The notes under the pieces: model-generated
What the model was told of the DNA's origin: nothing
The model's database searches: none
What the model saw: only the letters and a program-made list of their open reading frames with translations
Made by a program: the position numbers and the translations under genes
Assembly: GCA_035944555.1 (NCBI GenBank)
Contig: DASZAY010000009.1
Span: 6,908 to 70,907, forward strand
DNA from: Thermomicrobiales bacterium
Lineage (GTDB): Bacteria; Chloroflexota; Chloroflexia; Thermomicrobiales; UBA6265
Length of the DNA stretch: 64,000 nt
Direction: 5' to 3'
Part shown: piece after piece, positions 56,777 through 64,000 of the stretch
Position numbering within the stretch: position 1 is the first letter of the stretch
Layout of the letters: each line of letters begins with the position of its first letter

Positions 56777-58363
56777 CTAGACGGCGCGGTCGCTGCTCTC
56801 CAGCGTCTCGGCCAGCTCGATGGCCCGCTGGAGCGCCCGCATCTTGTGGAACGTCTCGGCGTACTCGTACTCGGGCGTGGAGTCGGCGACGATCCCGCCG
56901 CCCGCCTGGAGCGAAGCGACGCCGTCGCGGAAGACCAGCGTCCGGAGGGTGATCGCGGTGTCCATCCCCCCGGCGAAGTCGAAGTACCCCAGCGCCCCGG
57001 CGTACGGTCCGCGCCGGTCGGCTTCCTGCTCGGCGATGATCTCCATCGCCCGGACCTTGGGCGCGCCGGAGACGGTCCCGGCCGGGAAGCAGGAGCGGAG
57101 CGCATCCAACCCCGAGAGTCCCGGCGACAGCTCGCCCTCGACGTGGGAGACGAGGTGCATGACCTGGGAGTAGCGCTCGATCTCCATGAGCTTCGGCACG
57201 CGGACGGTACCCGGAGCGGCGACCCGCCCGACGTCGTTGCGCCCGAGGTCGACGAGCATGATGTGCTCGGCACGTTCCTTCTCGTCCTCGGCCAGCGAGA
57301 CCGCCAACGCCTCGTCCTCATCCGGAGTCGCACCGCGCGGGCGGGTACCGGCGATCGGGTGGTTGGTGATCATCCCGTCCTCGAGCCGGACCAACAGCTC
57401 GGGTGAGGCGCCGACCACCTGGTGGTCGCCGAAGTTCACGTAGAACAGGTACGGCGCCGGGTTGACGCTGCGCAGGGCGCGATAGATCGTCAGCGGGTGC
57501 ACGGGCGTGGCGATGTCGACGCGCTGCGACAGCACCACCTGGATGATGTCACCGGCCGCGATGTACTCCTTCGCCGTCTCGACCATCTCCCGGTAGCGCT
57601 CGGCGGTGATGTTGGCCTGCATCCGGTCGGCGACCGGCGTCTCGACGCCCGCACCGCCGCGGGGCAGGGCCGGCGTAGGCGCATCCAGCCGGGCGAGGGT
57701 CTCGTCCAGCTTCGCCGCGGCAGCCGCGTAGGCCTCGTCGACAGGGCCGTCGCCCAGGTGGATCTGGGCCAGGACCCGGACGGTGCGATCGACGTTGTCG
57801 AACACGATCAGGTCGTCGGCCAGCAGGTAGTTGCCATCCGGCAGGTCCAGACCGACGCCCTGCGGCAGGCCGACGCGCGGCTCGAACGCCCGGACCGCCT
57901 CATAGGACAGGTAGCCGACCAACCCCCCGCAGAACCGTGGTCCGCCTGCCCGCTCGGCCGCCCGGAACTCGTCCAGCACGCCTTCCAGGGCAATCAGGGG
58001 ATCCTCATACGTGACGGTCGTCGTTTCGCCGCCGTCGCGGGTGATCGTCATCGTGCCGCGATCAAGGACCAGCCGGGCCGCGGGTCGTCCGCCAATGAAG
58101 GAGTAGCGTGCCAGGCGTGTACCGCCCTCGATGCTCTCGAGGATGAAACCTTCCCCGTCTCCGGCCAGCTTGAGATAGGCGGAGACGGGCGTCTCCATGT
58201 CGGCCATGCGGGTGACGGCGAGAGGGATGGTGCGCGGCGCGTCAGGTAGTGACGCGATCCGGCGGACCTCGTCGAGCGACGGGGTGAGGGTGCCGAGGCG
58301 GGCACGCTCGGGGCGGGGGACAGGCGGAGACATCGTCTCCGCGGGCGGCGTCGAGGTGGTCAT
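56777..58363 (-). CDS. trpE: anthranilate synthase component I
   Basis: Chorismate-binding core ...HIMLVDLGRNDVGRV...GTVSGAPKVRAMEII...RGPYAGALGY... The start was set at ATG 58363 with GGAGA 7 nt upstream. The 5' part of the 618-aa ORF covers the leader and was rejected. Confidence 0.9.
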   Translation of the reverse strand: MTTSTPPAETMSPPVPRPERARLGTLTPSLDEVRRIASLPDAPRTIPLAVTRMADMETPVSAYLKLAGDGEGFILESIEGGTRLARYSFIGGRPAARLVLDRGTMTITRDGGETTTVTYEDPLIALEGVLDEFRAAERAGGPRFCGGLVGYLSYEAVRAFEPRVGLPQGVGLDLPDGNYLLADDLIVFDNVDRTVRVLAQIHLGDGPVDEAYAAAAAKLDETLARLDAPTPALPRGGAGVETPVADRMQANITAERYREMVETAKEYIAAGDIIQVVLSQRVDIATPVHPLTIYRALRSVNPAPYLFYVNFGDHQVVGASPELLVRLEDGMITNHPIAGTRPRGATPDEDEALAVSLAEDEKERAEHIMLVDLGRNDVGRVAAPGTVRVPKLMEIERYSQVMHLVSHVEGELSPGLSGLDALRSCFPAGTVSGAPKVRAMEIIAEQEADRRGPYAGALGYFDFAGGMDTAITLRTLVFRDGVASLQAGGGIVADSTPEYEYAETFHKMRALQRAIELAETLESSDRAV

Positions 58364-58398
58364 CGGTGGCTCTCCGGCCGGGGGGCTGGCTGACCCCG

Positions 58399-58716
58399 AA
58401 AAACAGAAACATCTCCATCCCTGTGGATCAGGGACGGAGATGCGCCAGCACACCCCGCGGTGCCACCCTGCTTGGAACGGGCCAGTCCGGCCGTCCCCGC
58501 CTCGACACGTACGGACCAGCGGGGAACGTCCCGCACCGGTCGATACGCCGCTCCCGGTAACGAGGGAGACATCGTCGCCGCCTACTTGGAGCCCGGATGG
58601 GGCTACCGTTCGGAGCAAGGCTCTCGGAGCCATTCAGCCGGCCAATGGGTCCGGGCTCCCACCTGCCCCGGATCGCTCGTCCCACGCCGCGCGGCCTACT
58701 CGTTCCGATCCACGCC
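58399..58716 (-). promoter_or_regulatory. T-box riboswitch leader of trpEGDCF (specifier UGG = Trp)
   Basis: These elements are on the minus strand. Stem I is GGCGUGGAUCGGAACGAGUAGG..GAGCGA..AGGUGGGAG. The specifier is GAA-UGG (58632-58630). The T-box AGGGUGGCACCGCG matches the consensus perfectly (58469-58456), and its UGGC bulge fits G73 of tRNA-Trp. The terminator is CAUCUCCGUCCCUG-AUCCA-CAGGGAUGGAGAUG followed by UUUCUGUUUUU (58442-58399). Confidence 0.85.
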
Positions 58717-58736
58717 CGTGATCTTCGTCTGGGTGG

Positions 58737-58766
58737 AGCGTATGTCCCGGCGCGGCGGCGTGTCAA
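58737..58766 (-). promoter_or_regulatory. candidate promoter of the trp T-box leader (TTGACA-N18-TACGCT)
   Basis: Hexamers read on the minus strand. The -10 hexamer is weak. Confidence 0.45.
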
Positions 58767-58847
58767 GCCGGGCAGGGCCGTCCACGGTGCGGAGTAAGCT
58801 TCCGGCAGGAGCGGATCGCGGGCGAGGAAAGGTCGGGTGGGGCGGCG

Positions 58848-59597
58848 GTGACGACGTATGCGGTCGTAATGGCACTGGCGATCGGAGCGGCCGTGCTGGT
58901 CCTGCTCGCGATCTGGTGGAGGATGGGCGCTGCCGGCGGGCAACGGGAGCGGCGCTGGGTCGCGCTCGGTGGCTCGTTTACGACGGCGCCCGGCCGGCCA
59001 TCGTGGGTATCGGCGGTCAGGCTGCCGGGTCGGCCAGTCGAGGCCATCGACCTGACCGCTCCCGGCGCGACGCTCGTCGATGTCCTCTCGGCCCAGCTTG
59101 GCCCGGCCCTGGCCGCCCGGCCCGCCGTCGCTGTGATCTGGGTCGGTCCGGACGATCTCCTCAACGGCCGCCCGCTCCCGGCCTTGCTCGCGGACCTGGG
59201 ACACGTCATCGACCGCTGCCGCGAGGAAGGCGTCGCCGTGATCGTCGTCGGGATGCCACGCGTCGGCTGGCCCCAGGGACTGCGAGGCCGTCGCCCGGAG
59301 CGGGTGATGGCGACCGTCCACGGGGAATGGCGGACCGGCATCGCCGACGTAGCCCGGCACGGTGGAGCCGAATTGCTGCCACCCGAACGCGGGGACGACG
59401 CCCCGCCCGCCCTGGTTCGGGACGGCCGCTGGACGCTGCTCACCGATCCGGCCCGCAACGCCGTCGCGGACCGGCTCGCCGACGCGATCACCACGGCCAT
59501 GCGGCGCGGCGTGGCCGTGGACGCCCTGCTCGACGGCCATGACGGGCCCGGCGATCCGGTCGTCCGGCGGCGCCTTGGACTGCCGCCGTTGCGCTGA
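58848..59597 (+). CDS. SGNH/GDSL-like hydrolase family protein with an N-terminal TM anchor
   Basis: TM helix VVMALAIGAAVLVLLAIWW, block I-like VALGGSFT, and VIWVGPDDLL. The assignment is only moderately supported. Confidence 0.55.
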   Translation: MTTYAVVMALAIGAAVLVLLAIWWRMGAAGGQRERRWVALGGSFTTAPGRPSWVSAVRLPGRPVEAIDLTAPGATLVDVLSAQLGPALAARPAVAVIWVGPDDLLNGRPLPALLADLGHVIDRCREEGVAVIVVGMPRVGWPQGLRGRRPERVMATVHGEWRTGIADVARHGGAELLPPERGDDAPPALVRDGRWTLLTDPARNAVADRLADAITTAMRRGVAVDALLDGHDGPGDPVVRRRLGLPPLR

Positions 59598-59715
59598 CCC
59601 GGCTGCTCGTCGGACGTCGGGGCGACCGGATCGCCGGTGCGGGGTACGATGCGGGCTCACGTGAGCCGGTCCCGGACCGGACGCTCATTTGACGCCATGC
59701 GAAAGGGTCACCCTC

Positions 59716-60774
59716 TTGGAGACGCGCGCCATTGACTTCCTCCGCCGACTGCTCGACGCTCCGGGGCCGTCCGGCTACGAGCAGGCACCGTCCCGCGTCT
59801 GGCGGGCCGAGGCAGAGTCCTTCGCCGACGACACTGACGTCGATCTGATCGGCAACTCCTACGCTCGTCTCCGGAAGGAGGGGGCGCCGGTCGTCGTCGT
59901 CGAGGGGCATATCGACGAGATCGGCTTCATCGTCACCTACATCGACGATGAGGGGTTCATCTGGTTCGAGGCGATCGGAGGCTGGGATGCCCCGGTCGTC
60001 GTCGGCCAGCGCATCCGGATTGCCGGGCGGGATGGCGACGTCCAGGGGGTGATCGGGCGCAAGGCCGCGCACCTGATCAAGGCCGAGGATCGTCGCAACA
60101 TCGAGCTCAAGGACCTGTGGATCGACATCGGGGCAAAGGACCGCGCCGAAGCGGCAGAGCGGGTGGCGGTTGGCGACGCCGCCGTGGTGGATACCGGATT
60201 CCTCCAGCTCTCGGACGACCTGGTCGTGTCACGCAGTCTCGACAACCGCGTCGGCGCGTTCGTCGCCCTGGAGACGCTGCGCCTGCTGGCCGAGGATCGT
60301 CCCGCCGTCGAGGTCGTCGCGCTGGCCGCGACGCAGGAGGAGATTGGGCTGCACGGTGCAGCCGTGGCCAACGTCCGGCTGGCGCCACTGGTCGCCATCG
60401 CGCTCGACGTCACCCACGCGACCGACTACCCCGGCGCCAACCGCAAGGCCGACAACGACGTCAAGCTGGGGGGCGGCCCGGTCCTGACGCGTGGTGCCGC
60501 GATCAACCCGGTCGTCTACGACGGCCTCCAGGCGGCAGCCGAACGGCTCGGCCTCACCTGTCCGGTCCAGGCGGCCGGTCGGAACAGCGGCACCGACGCC
60601 GACGCCATGCGGCGGACCGGCCGGGGCGCAGCAACCGGCCTCGTCTCGCTCCCCAACCGCTACATGCATTCGCCCAACGAGGTCTGCAGCCTGTCCGACC
60701 TGGAAAACGCCGCGAAGCTGATCGCGGAGTTCATCCGGACGATCACGCCGGAGAGCGATTTCCGCCCGATGTAG
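59716..60774 (+). CDS. M42 family aminopeptidase (FrvX/CelM-like)
   Basis: IDFLRRLLDAPGPSGYE...VEGHIDEIGFIVTYI...SRSLDNRVG...QEEIGLHGA...NRYMHSP. The start is uncertain (TTG 59689 or TTG 59716). Confidence 0.85.
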   Translation: METRAIDFLRRLLDAPGPSGYEQAPSRVWRAEAESFADDTDVDLIGNSYARLRKEGAPVVVVEGHIDEIGFIVTYIDDEGFIWFEAIGGWDAPVVVGQRIRIAGRDGDVQGVIGRKAAHLIKAEDRRNIELKDLWIDIGAKDRAEAAERVAVGDAAVVDTGFLQLSDDLVVSRSLDNRVGAFVALETLRLLAEDRPAVEVVALAATQEEIGLHGAAVANVRLAPLVAIALDVTHATDYPGANRKADNDVKLGGGPVLTRGAAINPVVYDGLQAAAERLGLTCPVQAAGRNSGTDADAMRRTGRGAATGLVSLPNRYMHSPNEVCSLSDLENAAKLIAEFIRTITPESDFRPM

Positions 60775-60860
60775 GCTTCGGCCGGTCAGTCACAGGGCTC
60801 TGCAGCACGAGAGGGCGCCCGACCCTGGGCGACCTCTCGTCGTTGTTCTCAAGATCCGGA

Positions 60861-61802
60861 CTACGCCTCGTCGCGCTCCGTCAGGGCCGTCTCGGCCTTC
60901 CTGCCCACCTTCGACACGGTCGCGGGAGGCCGGACCCACCCCGGCGGGTCCGGCTGGCAAACTTCGCAGTAGTAGGTGCCTCGCCCACCGACCCGGGTCT
61001 TGACGATCGGCGTCCCGCAGACCAGGCAGGGTTCATCCTGCCGGGCGTGGATGGCCGGAAACCCATCGACGGGGTAGGCCTTGCTCTGGATGATCTTGGC
61101 CCCGCCCTGCTCGATCCCGCGATCCAGCGCCCAGGGAATGGTTTCAATCAGCCGTCCCATCTCGGCGGCGGTGAGGGAGTCGCTCGGGCGGGCCGGGTGG
61201 ATGCGAGCGCGGAACAGCGCCTCATCGACGTAGATATTTCCCAGCCCGGCGATGAGCGTCTGGTCGAGCAGGCTCTGCTTGATCGGGATGGTGCGGCGAG
61301 CCAGGCGGCTCAGTAGGGCCGCGCCGTCCAGCGGGGCCGCGAGCGTGCCCTCCGGGCCGAAGCCGAACGCGCTGATTGTCGCCTCGACCTCGTCCGACGG
61401 CATCAGCCGCATCCACCCGAACTGGCGCACGTCGCTGTAGTACGCGGTCACCTCGCCATCGAAGTGCATCGTGAGGTGGGTGGTCTTGTGCGGGTAGTCA
61501 TTTGAGGGCTTGGGGAACGGGTGACCGGCGTAGGCGCGCTCACCGTCAGCCCGGATGACGGCGAGCTGTCCCGCCAGCTTGAAGTGAACGAGCAGGCTGA
61601 GTTCGTCGTCGAACTCGATCGTCAGGACCTTCGCCCGGCGCCGGGCCGCAAGCAGCTCCCGGCCGATCAGCGGTTCCAGCGTCGGGATGGGTGAGTCACG
61701 GAGCAGCTTGGGGAGCGTGAGGTCGAAGGAGAGGAGCCGGTGCCCGACCAGCTCCCGCTCGACGATCCGCCGCATGGTTTCGACCTCGGGCAGCTCGGGC
61801 AC
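60861..61802 (-). CDS. mutM: formamidopyrimidine-DNA glycosylase (Fpg/Nei family)
   Basis: N-terminal MPELPEVET, an H2TH region and a C-terminal zinc finger CLVCGTPI...YYCEVCQ. It also carries an approximately 30-aa C-terminal tail. Confidence 0.9.
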   Translation of the reverse strand: MPELPEVETMRRIVERELVGHRLLSFDLTLPKLLRDSPIPTLEPLIGRELLAARRRAKVLTIEFDDELSLLVHFKLAGQLAVIRADGERAYAGHPFPKPSNDYPHKTTHLTMHFDGEVTAYYSDVRQFGWMRLMPSDEVEATISAFGFGPEGTLAAPLDGAALLSRLARRTIPIKQSLLDQTLIAGLGNIYVDEALFRARIHPARPSDSLTAAEMGRLIETIPWALDRGIEQGGAKIIQSKAYPVDGFPAIHARQDEPCLVCGTPIVKTRVGGRGTYYCEVCQPDPPGWVRPPATVSKVGRKAETALTERDEA

Positions 61803-61829
61803 GGGCGGACTCCAGGGTGAACGGGGCGA

Positions 61830-62123
61830 TCAGGCGTCGGCGGCCTCGCGGTGTCCGGCCTGCCGCATCCAGCGAGCGGCTTCCTTGCTCGCCCGGACGG
61901 CCTCTTCCTCGTCGCGGCAGGCGCGAATGACCCGGGCCATGAAGTCCCACGCGGCGTGGCGGGCACTCTGGTGGCGGGCCTCATAGACAGCCTGTCGCGG
62001 GCCCAGCAATCTGCCGGCGACGGTGTAGGAGATATGCCAGTTCTCGCCCGCCCGCTGGAGAACGATCTCCGACCGACCCTGGCGCCAGACATAGGCGTCG
62101 GGGTTGACCTGGCTGCTGGCCAT
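61830..62123 (-). CDS. hypothetical small protein (97 aa)
   Basis: The start was set at ATG 62123, preceded by GGAGAGGA. I recognised no family. Confidence 0.4.
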   Translation of the reverse strand: MASSQVNPDAYVWRQGRSEIVLQRAGENWHISYTVAGRLLGPRQAVYEARHQSARHAAWDFMARVIRACRDEEEAVRASKEAARWMRQAGHREAADA

Positions 62124-62224
62124 TCGGCGTCCTCTCCGGCCGGCGGCGGTGCTCACCCGGCTGCGCGTCATCTCGATGGAACCGGAGTTTACCGCAAAGC
62201 CGAACAGACTCAGACTCGGACGGA

Positions 62225-63448
62225 TCATGCTCGCCCCCCGGCAAAGGCGAGGGCCTTACGGATCCGTTCGACGATCGGCGGGTGCGACGAGAGCAGCCGC
62301 TCGCGCCACCGCGGAGGATCGGGATCGACCATGTTGCCCCGGCCGAGACGGGCCATCGCGCGGGCATAGGTCTCGCCATCGCCGGTCAGTTCCAGGGCGA
62401 AGCGATCCGTGCGCCGCTCGATGGTCCGCGAGATGAACGCTGGCAGCGGCGAGAGCGTCATCGCGACGCTGGCCGAGAGCAGCCCCATGACCGCCAGCAC
62501 TGCGACCTCGTCGGTCGACCGGATGCCGGTCGTGCTAGCCGTCCGGCGAAGGACCGGCCGGGTCGCGTAGTGGACGCCCGCGACTAGTGCGGTGAGCTGG
62601 GCGGCCGTAATGGCGGTCAGCGTCCAGATGTCGCGATTGACCTGGTGCCCCAACTCGTGGGCGATGACGCCTTCGACCTCAGCCGGCTCGAACGACCGGG
62701 TCAGCGTGTCGCCAAGGATGATCCGGCGATTGCGTCCCATGCCGGTGAACATGGCGTTGGCCCGCTCGGTCTGCCGGCTCATGTCCATCACATAGACATC
62801 GGCGATCGGGACGTCGACGCGCTCCCCGAGCGCCCGGAGCCGGTTCGTCAATTCCTCGTCGTCCAGCGGGTCGAAGCGATTGAAGCGCGGCATGATCAGG
62901 CGGATGAAGATCGGCTGGGTGAGGACGGAGACCGGGATGAACCCGGCAGCGACGATGACCCACCAGTCGTCCGGTCGACGGCGGAGCAGATGATGGATCC
63001 CCGTCAAGGCCGCGGATCGGAATGCCGTGCCCATCCCGTACGCCAGCAGTCGCTGCCGGAGCCAGTCCGCATCGGACTGTTTCGTCAGCTCGTAGGCTCG
63101 CTCGACGCGATGTCCGGCGAGGTAGGACGCCGGCAGGTCCAGCGCGATCGAGATCGCCGACGTGACGAGGGCATAGGCCGGCGCGACGAGTTCCGGGTGT
63201 GGGAGGTTCCGCCGCAGGGCCGACTCCAGCCCGCTCGCGCCGCCCAGGCCGACGAACGCCACCTGGCGTGCCACCGCGGCGGCAGTCAAGCCCAATCCGA
63301 GCCGGCGTCGGAGCCGGTGATAGCTTCGGGCACGCTCCCGCACCTCCGGGCTATCCCAGATCAGGTCATCGATCTCATTGGTCGTGGCGGGCGCGGCATG
63401 GTCTGACGCCGCGGCGGGCGCGACGGAGAAGGGGGACGAATCGGGCAT
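62225..63448 (-). CDS. M48 family metallopeptidase (HtpX/Ste24-like), membrane-bound
   Basis: Zinc motif IAHELGHQVNRD, several TM helices and a downstream E...RxxDxxA pattern. The start was set at ATG 63448. Confidence 0.8.
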   Translation of the reverse strand: MPDSSPFSVAPAAASDHAAPATTNEIDDLIWDSPEVRERARSYHRLRRRLGLGLTAAAVARQVAFVGLGGASGLESALRRNLPHPELVAPAYALVTSAISIALDLPASYLAGHRVERAYELTKQSDADWLRQRLLAYGMGTAFRSAALTGIHHLLRRRPDDWWVIVAAGFIPVSVLTQPIFIRLIMPRFNRFDPLDDEELTNRLRALGERVDVPIADVYVMDMSRQTERANAMFTGMGRNRRIILGDTLTRSFEPAEVEGVIAHELGHQVNRDIWTLTAITAAQLTALVAGVHYATRPVLRRTASTTGIRSTDEVAVLAVMGLLSASVAMTLSPLPAFISRTIERRTDRFALELTGDGETYARAMARLGRGNMVDPDPPRWRERLLSSHPPIVERIRKALAFAGGRA

Positions 63449-63575
63449 TGGGGCTGGTCTTCCTCGGTCTCGGGCAGCTGACGGGCGGCGGTGGGCCGGC
63501 ACCGCTGGCTGGCCGGTTCAGGCCAGGTTGGGCATGGTCGGTGGTCGGTCTGACGGGCGCGGAACGAAGGTGGAA

Positions 63576-63935
63576 TCAGACCGGAACGAGCTCCCCGTAG
63601 CCGGTGAAACGGCCGTCGGTATCGCGTGCGATGGGACGATACCCCGTCACGGACGCGACGGCGAGGGGACCGTAGATGTGCGGAAAGACCTGTTCCGGGT
63701 CATCGAACCGGACCGGTGAGCCGACCCTGGCGGGATCCAGCGTCAGGAGCAGCATCGATCGCGGATCCGACTGATAGAAGAGATTGGCGACTTCCAGCAT
63801 CCGCTCGTCACCGAGCGTGCAGTGGATGAACCCGTCCGCCGCGAAGGCGTCCGGGACGTACGTCTCCTGGGTCCGGACCGTCGACCAGACGTCTTCGGCG
63901 ATGAGGTGCAGATACGGCTCGGGACTGCTGTTCAA
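63576..63935 (-). CDS. DUF952 domain protein
   Basis: GFIHCTLGDERMLEVANLFY...LLLLTLDPARV...FPHIYGPL matches the DUF952 signature. Confidence 0.8.
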   Translation of the reverse strand: MNSSPEPYLHLIAEDVWSTVRTQETYVPDAFAADGFIHCTLGDERMLEVANLFYQSDPRSMLLLTLDPARVGSPVRFDDPEQVFPHIYGPLAVASVTGYRPIARDTDGRFTGYGELVPV

Positions 63936-64000
63936 GACCTGAACTCCTTGCTGGGGTCCGGATTTGAAGCCCGGACCCCCTGAGATGTAGTGGCCGAGCT

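Overview
This is a dense, high-GC (roughly two-thirds G+C by eye) chromosomal core region with about 60 protein genes and one tRNA. I saw no rRNA, CRISPR array, transposase or integrase. The content is mostly housekeeping. It includes rpsF-ssb, leuS, a CysRS-family ligase, the heat-shock modules hspR-clpB and hrcA-grpE-dnaK, and a System II cytochrome c biogenesis cluster (ccdA-resB-ccsA-resA). It also includes recO, trmD, aroC, glyA, coaD-rsmD, ychF, trpEGDCF and mutM, plus peptidases (M13, M42, M48), an inositol-lipid-type gene pair, otsB and nrtR-nadK. The mix of T-box riboswitches, CIRCE, HspR, System II cytochrome c maturation and actinobacterial-type lipid and thiol genes suggests a monoderm high-GC lineage, possibly Chloroflexota or Thermomicrobia-like. 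That taxonomic guess is unverified. Many long ORFs in the track are antisense artefacts of the high GC content and I rejected them. The main finding is a complete Leu-specific T-box leader in front of leuS with an intact tRNA-Ala(GGC) gene nested where the Stem III loop should be. A second, conventional Trp T-box controls trpEGDCF. Other points worth a second look are listed here.
- An MshC-like CysRS paralog that lacks the anticodon-binding domain.
- Ribosomal protein S6 with a roughly 170-aa low-complexity tail.
- A GNAT gene interrupted by a single in-frame TGA.
- A CIRCE site and a HAIR-like operator on two heat-shock promoters that share the same hexamers.
- An nrtR-nadK pair.
- An orphan gcvPB.
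All coordinates for starts and motifs were derived by hand and may be off by a base or so. All homology statements rest on motif recognition from memory, not on searches.
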